Positions 45,900 to 58,300 of a stretch of 64,000 nucleotides of DNA are shown one piece after another. The stretch is taken from the NCBI GenBank assembly GCA_001179505.1, contig CDMY01000212.1, positions 1 through 64,000 of the forward strand. The letters run 5' to 3'. Source of the stretch: Vitrella brassicaformis CCMP3155. Lineage: Eukaryota > Protista > Chromerida. Under the pieces are notes generated by a model. It had not been told where the DNA came from. It searched no databases and saw only the letters and a program-made list of their open reading frames with translations. The stretch's first letter is position 1. Each line of letters opens with the position of its first letter. A program made the position numbers and the translations under genes.

Positions 45900-46319
45900 A
45901 CGATGTCCCTTTTTGGGCGGTGCTATTGGCCGGCACTGCATTGGCCGCGGGAGGGGTGTCCCCATGATTCGCGTGATGCCTGATTGAGCGCAACACAGAA
46001 AGGCCTGAGTGAGTGAGCAACGAGTGGCATCCCATCCCCTGTTGTCCAACCTTCCACATGGCGCTTGCCGACGATTGCACTTTTGGTCCTCAGCAACGCC
46101 TTCAATGACCTCTTTCAGCGCGTAGATGGAGAACGGGGTAAGTTTGCCTTCTTGATCCACTTCGGTCAGGAGCGTGATGAGGGAGAAGTTCCTCTCGCTA
46201 AGACAGGAGCCCAGCCAAAGAGGAAGATCCGCACACCCACCCTGGCTGTCGTCCTGCCGCATCTTGGCAATCAGCTGCTCGTACTTCCAACGAATCTCCT
46301 CCCTCCGACTCACATCCAT
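45900..46319 (-). pseudogene. Hypothetical gene fragment with a paralogous segment at about 62900-63090 (+)
   Basis: ALKEVIEGVAEDQKCNRRQAPCGR resembles TLEEVIEREEDRCKRLAAPSGR. Both are followed by GGAAGGT.GGACAACAGGGGATGGGAT and CTCAATCAGGC.TCACGCGA.TCATGGGGAC. Confidence 0.45.
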
Positions 46320-46511
46320 CTCGCTTGAGCGTTTTTCCTCGTTTCTTCTTTGGCGAGCTAAGACCCCGCCTTCGGTCGCCAGAGGCCACTGGTCTTAGCT
46401 CGCACTTCCGACTCTCTGAATTGATAGGCTGGACGTGCCTCTGCAGCGTGTCCCAGCACCTGGCAGGGTCACTCGTACGGCCGCACCCACCCACGCTGCG
46501 CCACCCGAGCC

Positions 46512-48156
46512 ATGCTGCGCGACCTGGCCCGTTCATCGCTGGGCGGCCTTCGTGCAGCCATACGGCCAATGGCATCAGCAGCAGCACTCACGCCTTTCGC
46601 CCCGGCAGGACTCGCCGGCGCGGCACGCACACTGACAATGGGCGTGCCCAAGGAAAGTAAGCAACCACACGAACGAAATGCACACACACAGCGTACGAGC
46701 CCATTGCCCATCTCTGCCCGGCCCTCTGTGTGTGATTATGTGTGTGGTTATGCATTAGTAAAGAAGAACGAGAACCGCGTGGGCATGACGCCTGCGAAGG
46801 TGTCGGAGCTGACGCGCCGAGGCCACAAGGTGCTGGTGGAGTCGAATGCTGGGGCGGGGTCAGGCTTCGAGGATGAGGACTTCGCCGCCATGGGGGCGAC
46901 CATCGTCCCGACGTGCGTGGACGTGTACCAACAGGCTGACATGATTGTCAAGGTCAGTCAGTCAGTCCATCAGGGCACACAAAACGAGAGAGAGAAGTGG
47001 ATGGGATCTGTGTGTTGGTGCCTGCAGGTGAAGGAGCCTTTGGCGCCCGAGTACACCCTCATCCGTGAGGGCCAGGTGGTCTTCACCTACTTCCACTTCG
47101 CGTCATCCAAGGAGCTCACCGAGGCCATGATCCAAAACAAATCGGTCCGTCAGGCTCGCCTTCTCACAAACAGCCCAGCCCTCTCTCCATCTCTTCCTGC
47201 CTCCTTGCCTCCTTGCGACACGCAGATATGCATATCATATGAGACGGTGGCCAAGTCGGACGGTTCGCTGCCTTTGCTCATCCCCATGTCCGAGATCGCC
47301 GGCCGCATGAGTGTGCAGCAGGGCGCCAAGTACCTCGAGGCGCCAATGGGCGGCCGCGGCGTGCTGCTGGGGGGCGTTCCGGGCGTGCGAAGGTAAGATC
47401 ATCCAGCGCCATACCATACACACATGTCTGTATGTCTGCATTTACGATTGATTGCCGTGTGTGTATGGTATTGTACACACACACAGAGGTTTTGTGCTGG
47501 TGCTTGGAGGCGGCATAGTGGGCACGCACGCGGCCAAGCTGGCGGCAGGGTTGGGTGCGGAGGTGACTATCATGGACCTGAACCTGCAGCGGCTGCGGTA
47601 CCTCAACGACATCATGCCGGCCAATGTGGAGACGAGGTACAGCAACGAGAGCACCATCCGGGACCTCCTGAGACTCGCTGACCTCGTTATTGGCGCGGTG
47701 CTCATCCCTGGTATGTCTGTCAATCAGCCAGATGACGGATGGTTGGTGCACAGGCGTGGTGTCCTCATGTGTGTGTGGATGTGTGTGTGTCGTGGATGTG
47801 TGGGTGTAGGTGCGCGTGCTCCCAAGTTGGTGACCCGGGAAATGCTGTCGATCATGCGGCCGGGGAGTGTCGTCATCGATGTGGCCGTCGACCAGGTAGG
47901 TAGACGACCACACACATGCACACCTGCAGGCAGGGAGACACACTGGATGTGCGATACGCCCCAGGGTGGGTGCATCGAGACGTGCAAGGCCACCACCCAC
48001 GACGAGCCGACGTATGTGGTGGACAACGTGCTGCACTACTGCGTGGCCAACATGCCCGGCGCCGTCCCCTACACATCCACCATCGCACTCACAAACGCCA
48101 CACTCCCGTAAGCAAGCACCCGTAGACCCACGTGTGTGTCTGAACCTTCCTTTCCA

Positions 48157-48190
<34 letters not shown>

Positions 48191-48475
48191 CGTGTGTGAT
48201 GGGTGGTTTGATCGCTCAGGTACACGATAGCGTTAGCCGAGAAGGGGTGGCGGCGCGCGTGTGCGGACAATGCCGAGCTCAAGGGCGGGCTCAACATCAT
48301 CGAAGTGAGTGAGGCAGGCAGATGACCAGCCTCATATGCACACGGCACGGGTAAGCTCTTTGTGACATGTGTCTGTGTGGATGTGCAGGGCAAGGTGGTG
48401 CACGAGGGCGTGGCGTCGGCATTTGACCTCCCGTACGAACCGGTGGAGAACTTCATCGCATCACATAGACACTAA
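46512..48475 (+). CDS. ald: NAD-dependent alanine dehydrogenase with an N-terminal mitochondrial-type presequence, multi-exon
   Basis: [75 protein letters not shown] and [16 protein letters not shown] form the classic AlaDH motif series. The leader is Arg/Ser/Ala-rich and acid-poor. Confidence 0.95.
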
Positions 48476-49846
48476 GCGAGCGAGGGAGGGGCGGAGAGAG
48501 AGACAGGTAGAGGTATAGCCGTAGGTGTGTGTGTGCATGTTTTTTCCATCTTGGTGCACAGGGTGTGCGCCACGACACCAACCAAACCAGCTTTTGCCTT
48601 AGTGCTTACACGATCCACTCAAACAGATGGGGAGGGAGAGGGAGAGAGAGAGAGAGGTGTCACTGCCGTGCATGCGTCGTGCGTGTGTATCGCTCCATTC
48701 CATGTGGTGGGCATGGCATTTATGCGTATGTGTGTATCTGCCTGCCTGCCTTGTGTTGTGTGTTGTGTGGCAATTTTGAGAATGAATGATGTCTCTGTGT
48801 GTGTGTGGATGCGTTCCTGTCTGTCGTTGTTGGCTGCGTGCATGGCTGGCTGGCCTTTTTGACCGACCACACGGCCACCGCACCGCCAGCAAGCAAGCAT
48901 GAGTGTCTGTGTGTGTACAGAGAGGGGCAGCGATCGATCGTCTTTCTTCGATAAGGGCGTGTGGGGTGGGTCGGTGTACAGGTGGGCTCGCATAGCGAAG
49001 CACAGCCCGTGTGTGTGTGTCTGCGTGTGTGTGTGTCTGTGTGTGTGGTGAGTGAGGTGAGTGTCGTCAGTCTATTTTTGGCGTGCAGGTCGGTGCATTC
49101 TGTCTGTCTGTGTGCACATGCTCCCTCTGCATGTCCCTCCCCCCTCCCCTCCCTCCACCCCCACACCCACCTCTTCATGCATCACACATACATGGTGCGG
49201 TGCATGTGGGTGTGGTGTGCACGCATACGCACCTGTGTGTGTGTGAGAGGTCTTCCTTCCCTGTGCCCCCCTTTTTCGTGCGCTGTTGTTGCAACCGACA
49301 TAGCGTGGGTTAGGTAGGTACCTTGATGGTCGACGGACTTTTTACGTATGCGTGTATGGGTGTGTGTGTGTATGTGTGTGTGTGTGAGATATGGACTGAT
49401 TCGACGGACAGGGGGTTGAATGAATGCACCACACCACACAGCATGTCGGACTGACCAAGTACACGGCGAGCACGGTAGAGAGACGGGCTCACGCACTCAC
49501 CGACACACACCAACGAGAGACCTGCTCTACCCAAACAGACAGTGGTGCAACACACTGTCTCGGGGGTAACACATTTCCGTCGCCGGCAAGTGCCTGGGAG
49601 CGGCTGCAGGCGAAGCAAGGACGTCACAGGCACTGGTACGTATCAACAGTTCATCGCCAGAGCCCTCCATCGTACACAAATCCTCTCAATCATCGTACCA
49701 AGGGCGCCACTGTTGGTAGACACTCACACACATCCGTGACCGGGTGCACCACAGACACTGGTGCACCCGGCGCCGGAGGCCAGCGACATGCTACCAACAG
49801 TGGTGCACCGGACCCTCACTCAAAACAAGTAGGCACTTTGATTCAT

Positions 49847-52294
49847 TCATTGATCCTGAGAGTCCACCACCATCTCCTCATTGCCCCCCTGCTGCCCACC
49901 GCCCATCCCATCACTCACAGGCTCAACAATCCGCACCCTCTTCACACCCTTACCCCCACCCCCACCTCTGCCCCCATCAACACCATTAACCTCGGGCCCG
50001 TCATCCGGCCCGCGCTTCCCACAAGCAGCAGCACCAGCAGCAGCAGCAGCCGAGACGCCATCTTTGCTCTCACCGTCAGCGGCAGGAGCAGCAGCTGCCG
50101 CCGCTGCGGTCTCTTCTGCGGGGGGTGTGGGGGGTTCTGGGGGCGACATGAGCTTCCGTGAGCCGGGATGACGGCCAGGTAGGGTGCTCGCGGGACCTCT
50201 TTGCAGCCTCAGGAACCCCATGCGCAGCGCCGGAGCTGTCGCATCCGCCGAACTCGCTGAGAGAGAGAGAGAAGAGAAACCAATGACAGAGAGCGATAGA
50301 TGAGTGTTCTTGTGTTATGGCATGCATGTAATGTACCCTTTTTGGGTGCGGGTGTGGATGTCCTGCTCGGTGGGACGGTGGGCTGCCTGTTGGGCCTCGC
50401 GGCTTTGAGCGGCAGAGTGCGGGTGAAGTTGGCCATGCGGGGCGGGGCGTACTGAGTGGGCGGCCGGTCACTCTGAGGCACCAGCGCCTCACCCTCATCG
50501 CCAGGCAACGACCGACCCCTAATCGGTCGATCACACAGAACAAACACACACTCACGTCGACGGAACGGCCAGGTGTTGTCCTCTTCTTTTCACCCACTCA
50601 CTCACCAGAACCGTGTGGTGCAGTCCTGCCCGCCCGACGCGACAATGGGTCCTAGCGGATGCCACGCGAGGCTCAGCACGCAGTGGTCGTGTGCGTTGGG
50701 GACGGTGGCCATGGGGCTGCCCGACGGATCGCTGACGTCCCAGTAGGCCAGGTGGCCGCCGTAGTCGCCTGTGGCGACGATGCTCTGGTGGTAGGGGTGC
50801 CATGCCGCCGCCGTGACGTCGGCCTGATGGCCCCTGAGGGTGTGCGCCACGCTGAGGGTGCGCAGATCGACCACCTTGATGGACTGATCCTTGCCGCACG
50901 TCAACAAATAGTCACCGGAGGGGCTCCATCTGAGTGAGACATACACGTGGGCAGGGAGGATTGTGTGTTCTGTGCTGTGTGTGCGTATGTGTGCACTGTC
51001 TGACTTGACTTTGGTGAGTGCGTTCTTGTGTAGGTGCATGCTGTTGATGGGGTTCTCACTCCGGGGGTCCCACAGCTGGACCTGAGCACTCTTGGAACCT
51101 GTGTGCAGGAAACAACACACGACACACACAGACATCATACATGATGTATTCCGTTTCCTGTCACAGTGCCGCCCCGCCCCGCCCTGGTTGCTTCTGCGTG
51201 CGCCAACCTGAAGCGATGAGGCCCTTGTGTGGATGCCACTCGCAGCACACCACATCATAGCCGTGACCTGAGCAGACAAGACAAGAAAGTGACAGAAACA
51301 TCTGGGCTGTGTTGGCTGTGTTGATCTATTTGTCAGTGTACCGGTGAAGCTTCGGTCGGCCGTGCCTCTGTGGAGGTCCCACAGAATGCTGTGGGAGTCG
51401 TCGGCAGCCGTCACAAACTTGAGGTCCGTCGGCGCCAGGCTGATGTCGCGAATCATCGACTTGTGCGCCTGAACAACACCACACAATGGACATGAGCGAA
51501 TGAATAACCGACTGCTTCTGGCTGTGGCTGCGTGTGTGTGCGTGCCTGAATGATGTTGATGGACAGCAGCTGTGGCGTGTACAGGTGGACCTCCCCCGTG
51601 TAGTTGCCCGATATCAGCGTCTTCTCCGAATGCGTCCACGTCAAGGCACCCACCGCACTGTGGTTCAACTAACACATCGAACCACACCACACACCACAAA
51701 ACATATGGACACACATGAATGAATGACTGAGTCAGCACGCCCGCCCGCATGCACTTCCCACCCACTTGTTTGAGGTCGAAGAAGCCAAAGTCGATTCCGT
51801 CCCAGAGGGTGAAGTCGCCATTGGACGTGCCTGTGATGAGCCGCCGGCCGTCAGGGAACCACTGCAGGCAGTTGACGGTGCCCCTGGACTTGGACACACA
51901 GCACTTGAGAAACCGCGTGCACAGACAGTCATACGGCGACTCGCGAGTCGCAAATGGAGGCAGCAGCTGCATGAGCGCACACGCAACACAACACGCAACA
52001 CACACAGAGTGACGCCTGTCTGGACCGATGCGATGCGGCTTCTCATTCTCATCTCCTACTGCGTACGTCGCGTGTCGACGAGGGATGTGCCAGCAGTGCC
52101 GGGCTGTCCGACAGCCGGCGGCAGTGAATCGTGGAGCCGAAGAACTGCACAACTGCAACACACATGCGATCTCTGCATGCGCTCCTCAAGCGTGTGTGCG
52201 TGTGCGTGCGTCCTGACAGACCTGTGGGCGTGAAGTCGATGGCCTCCCTCACGGCAGGCCGCCGCGGAGGCCGCGGACCCTCATAGTCCATCAC
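49847..52294 (-). CDS. WDR33: WD40 pre-mRNA 3'-end processing factor WDR33/Pfs2/FY, multi-exon
   Basis: VNCLQWFPDGRRLITGTSNGDFTLW, AHKSMIRDISLAPTDLKFVTAADD, CEWHPHKGLIASG, LWDPRS, AAAWHP, LAWHPLGPIVASGGQDCTTRFWGR.LPGD. Confidence 0.9.
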
Positions 52295-52481
52295 TCACAA
52301 ACAACGGATGCAGCAGACGGCTCTGGTGATCGGATCTACTGTGATTTGTCCATAGGAGCGTCACACGGACCCAGATCTGCCGTTTTTTCTCTCTTCTTCG
52401 CGCGAGCTTGTCTGCGAGCTCAAACAGGACGACTCTCCCGCCGCGGAAGCAAACGACGCAGCATTTCTGCTTTTGCTAGGC

Positions 52482-54165
52482 ATGCCCTCTTCTTACTTCG
52501 TTGTGGCATTGCTTTCACCGCTGTTCGTCTTCGACCCGCAGTCAGCGCTGGCCTTCCAAGGCCTCCTTTCAGGACCCATCAGATCTGCGCAGCGGCAGCG
52601 TCCCCGGCTGCATCGTCTACCAGCAGAAAACACAAAGAGTGCAGCTCTCAAGAGAAGCGGAGATGATGTGCAGCGGCCTCCCCCATCCGGCGACGAGTCT
52701 TTCTCACTGCAGAAAGACCCGCCAGCAGATCCCTCAGGCATCATCGGTGCCGTCTACCGTCTGCTTGGCCGCGCCTTCAAGTTCAAGGACATGCGGCGGG
52801 AGATAAGGGAGGGCGGTGACATCGTCCCACTAATAGGGGCGCGACCTGGGTGGGCGGCCATTCGAGAGAACATGTTTCGCAAGGGCGTCTATCCAGGTCA
52901 GGGATGGAGGGAGCACACAAACATGCGGCGTTGTGATGTTCTGGTGTGTGTCTGGTCTGGTTGTGTGTGCAGGTGTTGACTATCGTGTGGAGAGGATCGA
53001 CGTGCGTGCGAATGGTGATCCGATAAGGGATGCGGTGATCACTGTCAGGCCACGATACCGTTTAGTAGACAAACTTGAGAGGCAGTGGCCCGTCACCATC
53101 GCAATGTCCGCGTGTGCGACACACCCACACACAGACAGTGTCCGGTGTTTTCGTGGAGAATTGCACAGTCACTCGTCCGTGTGTGCCTCTTTGCCTGTGT
53201 GCAGGAGTGAGGTGCCAATCTTCTTGACGCCCCGCATGTACAATACCGCCACGCTCATATCCACCCTGTTGTCAGCAGCGCAGCTGCTTGCCGTCGCTCT
53301 CGTCGCGAGGTAGCTGAGATCGATCCGGCCCCTGACACGCACCCATCTGCTGTGGATCCTGTCATTCTTGCCGTCTATGCAGCCAATTTTGTTCTCTTTA
53401 CTACATTCCGTCCTACTCGATGGAGCCAACACTTCACAAAGGGTGGGCAACACAAGACAGCCAACCAGCTACACGCTGCAATATGTACATCTGCGCCACG
53501 TGTCTGTGTATGTCTGTCTATCTATCTATCTGTCTGTGTATCAGGGATGTGCTTTTAGTTGAGAAGGTCAGCCGTTTGGTGCGGCCGCCGAAAAATGGCG
53601 ACATCGTGCTCTTCAATCCGCCAGAACAGCTGAGGACCTTTGTGCGCCAAGTGAGGGACTGACCCAAGACACGCAGACGAAGCCAAGCCCACACGCATCC
53701 ATCCGCTATTCTCTCGTGTTCGTTGTGCTGTGCCTGGCTGTCTGTCACATGCAGGCTGGCGGCCAGCTGGCGCCTGGTGATCTGTTCGTGAAGCGAGTGG
53801 CTGCGACCCAGGGAGACAGGGTCACGGTCGACAACGGCCTGCCGACCATCAATGGTCACACATACGTCTACCCCGAGCCCGAAGAGCCACCGACGATAGG
53901 CAGCGACGCGCCACCAGCACGGGCCGATGGGTCGATGCAACGTCTGGCGATCGGCCGGGGGTTCGCATGGCCGTATGCCGGTGAGGCGCCCTCGCAGTGG
54001 GTGGCGGATGAGTGTGTGCTGGGGAGCGGCGCCGTATATGTGTTGGGTGACAATCCAGTCAGGAGTGTCGACAGCCGATTGTGGGGCGAGCTGAGGGAGA
54101 GTGAGATTGTCGGTCATCCGGTCATACGGCTCTTTCCATGGGGCCGATTTGGGCCTGTGCGATGA
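52482..54165 (+). CDS. Signal peptidase I (S26), probably a plastid thylakoid processing peptidase, multi-exon, with a long N-terminal extension
   Basis: YIPSYSMEPTL (catalytic Ser), DIVLFNPP, FVKRV (catalytic Lys) and VLGDNPVRSVDSRLWG. The bipartite leader has a hydrophobic signal ending SALA-F. Confidence 0.88.
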
Positions 54166-54458
54166 CTGGATGTGTGATGTCGACAGTGTGCATGCTACGT
54201 CAGTCTGCTGGCAGGCGGCTGGGGGGGTGGGTCGAGACGCAGTCAATGGTGGTGGTGGTGGTGGTTGATCTAACCCCGAGAGCTCGGGCCGCAACGGGGC
54301 TGGTAACGGGCCGCAACGGCCAGGGGAGTGAATTTACTGACTGGCGAGCGTACAGCCGCTGCGGCAACCTCTGTCTGTCTTTGCTCGACCTTTCCTTCTA
54401 TCTCTCAACTCTCTGCACAAGCACCAAAAGCAGCGTCCCCTTCCCTCACAGCTGTGAT

Positions 54459-55278
54459 GATGCGCGTGATTGGTGTTCTGGTCATTGTGGCTCTCGCCGG
54501 CGTCGCCCACTGCCAGCTCCTCGCCTCTAGGCAAGGTGGCAAATGTGACCCGACGGACCTGGCCTGTGCGCCCCTGAAGCCTGGAAGTGAGCGCTGGGGG
54601 GTTGCTGAGTTGCAATCCATGAGCTCCTTCTCTGTGTCTGTCTCTCTGTCTCTCTGTGTGTTGTGTGCAGCCATCCGTTACATCAACCCTGTGTAGGGGC
54701 AGATCAACGGCACCGGCAACTTCAGTAGGCAATCAGGAGGCGTCATCTGTGTGCACCGGGTGAAGTCATGTTTGCCTGTTTGTGTCTGTTGGTCGTGCAG
54801 CTGCAGGCGCTGAGCGTGCGATTCGGAACTGCGACGGAGACGAGTGCACCACGGCCGCACATCTTCCAGGTCTGGTCTAGGAGTGTGTGGCTTCCTGTTG
54901 ATTCTTAGTCCCCTCTGTCTCTCCTCTCTCTGCTGCAGCATCCATCCCCAACCCGCGGGTGGGCGGGCTGCATGTCGATAGGTGTGGGATGAACCATATG
55001 CGACGTTGTGGCGAAGACGCAGCTGATGTAAGGAAGCGACGCACTCGAAGTGATGGATATGGCGTTCATCAATGTTTTTGTGCCTTTCGTCGCAGGAATA
55101 CTGCAGAACTTACGAGCATGGGACTGCAGCAGCCGACTGGGACACCAACTGGGACTGCGACGACTCGCAAGGGAATGAGCGACGAATGATCCGCATCATG
55201 GATAACACCATTTGCGACCCAGGTGCTTACTGGGGCCTCCAGGACTGTGACTGTTTCAGCCGTATTGATTGTGTATGA
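54459..55278 (+). pseudogene. Secreted Cys-rich protein, tandem copy 1, with a premature TAG at 54694-54696
   Basis: Signal peptide MMRVIGVLVIVALAGVAHC. The exon structure matches 57926-58765, where the corresponding codon is TGG. Confidence 0.7.
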
Positions 55279-55329
55279 TGAACTCGCTCTTCAATCCTTG
55301 GGGGTGTTTTCTTTCTGAATGATGACCGG

Positions 55330-58300
55330 TGTTTTCTTTCTCTGCGATCCCTATGTGTGCTGATTTCTCGCTCTCGCTCTCTCTCCCCTTCTCTCTCTCT
55401 GTGTGTGCGTGTGTGTGTGTCTTTGTGTGTGCATTGCCCATGTGTGTCCGCAAGACGCATTGCACGTGTGTGTCTTCCGGACATCCAATTAGTCATCCAG
55501 AGGCGTCTGATGTGACTGACCTGCGCATTTTTGGTCCGCCTAGTCCATGTGGGATACGGGACAGAGAGAAACAGATCATGCTCTATTGTTTGTTTTGTTT
55601 GTTTTGCTTTGTTCATATCTTCTTCCCTCCTTCCTTCCTTCCTTCTGTCTGTCTCTCTGTCTCTTTGTCTGTCTGTCTGTATGTCTTTCTTTCTTTCTTT
55701 CTTCCTTTTTCTGATTCTACACGGAAGGGTCGTCATAGCATCCATTCAGTGCAAACCTGAGGACGTGCCCTGATGGGGGAGCAAGGCATCAGCACACCTG
55801 CACGACACCAAACAGAGCACATGCACAGCGAGACCGAGGGCCAGCAGCTCGTTCTTTCTGGGACGGGTCTCTCTCTTCGACTGGTATCTTCCCTCTGTAT
55901 TCTCTCTCTCTCTCTCTCTGTGTGTGCGTGCGTGCGCGTGTGTGTGTGTGTGTGTCTTTGTGTGTGCATTGCCCATGTGTGTCCGCAAGACGCATTGCAC
56001 GTGTGTGTCTTCCGGACATCCAACTAGCCATGCAATGCAGAGGCGTCTGACTGACCTGCGTGTTTTCGGTCTGACTGATCTATGTGTGGCAACAAAGAGA
56101 GAGAGAGAGAGAGAGCGGGCGCCTTGCTAGAGTGTTGTTCCATGCATTCCTTCCTTCTTTCTTTCCCTTTGTGTTGTTTTGTTTTGTTTTCTGTGTTTCG
56201 TTTTGTTTGTTTTGCTGGCCCTTTTCTACACGACTTGTGTCCTTCGTCTGTCTGATTGTCTGTCTTTCTTGCACACACGGTTTGCCACAGTGAGTCGACT
56301 GCCGGGGATGGTATTCGCAGAGAGTCTGGTAGTCGGCCGAATGGGCCCACGTGCTGTGGTGTGCATACGCTGCACTCGTGCAGATGGCTGTGCACACACC
56401 ACCGTCAAAGTGGCAGGTGCATGTGGGGTTGGCTGTCTGTCAGCGTGGAGACTGAGCCGGTGCGTAGTGTGAAATGAACACTCTCGGATGCGGTCACGTC
56501 CGCTGACCTGTTGTCACCACACACGACACAACCAGTCAATGGATCCACTTGTCAACGGAACACAATCATCGCCTGCACAGTCCCGTGCTGCATGTATGTA
56601 GATTCATTCAATGGGAACGAGAAGCGATCATGATGGCACTGCATCGATCAACACCAACCCACACACACGCGCCGTCATCTATGGACAGACGGACAGCGTT
56701 CGCGGATCTGCTTGCCTACCAATCTGCCGCCCCACCCATTCCATCCACACACGTCCCATCTGACGGACGGGCCGGTGGGTGGTGGGGCTGTTGGCTGTTG
56801 GCGCGTCTGTTCATGCGATCCCTATGTGTGCTCATTTCTCGCTCTCGTTCTCCCTCTCTCCCCTTCTCTCTCTCTCCTTCTCTCTCTCTGGGTGGGTGTC
56901 GGTGATGGTTGTATGGATGTGTATTTGTGTGTGCATTGCACATGTGTGTCCGCAAGACGCATTACACGTGTGCGTCTTCCGAACATCCAATTAGCCATGC
57001 AATGCAGAGGCGTCTCGTCTGACTGACCTGCGTGTTTTCGGTCTGACTGATCTATGTGTGGCAACACCGGACAGAGAGAGACAGAGCATGCTCTATTGTT
57101 TCTTCTGTTTGTTTTACCGACACGCGCTTCTCTGCACGAGTTTACTTCTGTCGTCTCTCTCTCTGTCTGTCTGTCTGTCTGTGAATCGTGCAACGAATCG
57201 CCAGGGACAGTGGTGGGGCTGCCGTCATGTGCTTTGTCTAGTGACTTGAAGCAATACAGAGAATGACGGCAGAGAGTCTGAGAGTCGGCCGAATGGGCCC
57301 ACGTGCTGTGGTGTGCATACGCTGCCCCTGTGCAGATGGCTGTGCACACGCCACCGTCGAAAAGGCAGATGCATGTGGGGTTGGCTGCCTATCACGTGGA
57401 GACTGAGCCGCTGCGTAATGTGAAGTGCAGACTTCCATGTGGTCACGTCCGCTGACCTGTTGTCTATTGCCTGTTGTCACCACTGGCATCATCAATGGAT
57501 CCACTTTGTCAACGGATGGCTGACAGACGTTAGACAATCATCCCCGGCACAGTCCCCTCCCTCCCTAGTAGGGCCACAGCTTGTCATGCTGCATGTGTGC
57601 ATTCATGGCACTGCATCATCAACGCCTAGCCACGCGAACGCGGACGCTTCAACGCACTGCCACCCGCCGATCTTCGGAAAGACGGACAGCGTTCGCGGAT
57701 CTGCCTGCCTACCAATCTGCCGCCCCACTCAGTAACCCCATCCACACACGTCCCATCTGACGGACGGGACGGGAGAGCCAGGCATCGTAAATTCATATAT
57801 GATTCGTACAGCCGTTGCCGGCCAAACAAAGAATCCTCTGTCTTCAAGTTCTCGCTCCTTTCCTTCGTTCTCTCAACTCTCTGCGCCAAGCACCAAAAGC
57901 AGCGTCTTCTCCCCTCTCCCCAACAATGATGATGCGGGTGTTTGGTGGGCTGGTTCTGTTGGCTCTCGCCGGCGTCGCCCACTGCCAGCTCCTGGGTACT
58001 GAGGAACACAGTGAATGTGACCCGACTGACCTGACCTGTGCGCCCCTGGAGCCTGGAGGTGAGCGCTGGGGGGTTGCTGAGTTGCAATCCATGAGCTCCC
58101 TATCTGTGTCTGTCTGTCTGTCTCTGTGTGTGCAGAAATCCGTTACATCAATCCCATGTGGGTGCAGATCGACGGCACCGGCAACTACAGTAGGCAATCA
58201 GGAGGCGTCATCTGTGTGCACGGGGTGAAGTCATTGCTCGTCTGTTCCTGTGTGTTCGTCGTGCAGCTGCAGGCGCTGAGCGTGTGATTCGGAACTGCGA

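Noticed and set aside
48490-49700. Numerous overlapping ORFs between ald and WDR33
   Set aside because: These are GT/CA-repeat-rich 3' regions whose translations are low-complexity (CVCV, HTHT) artefacts.
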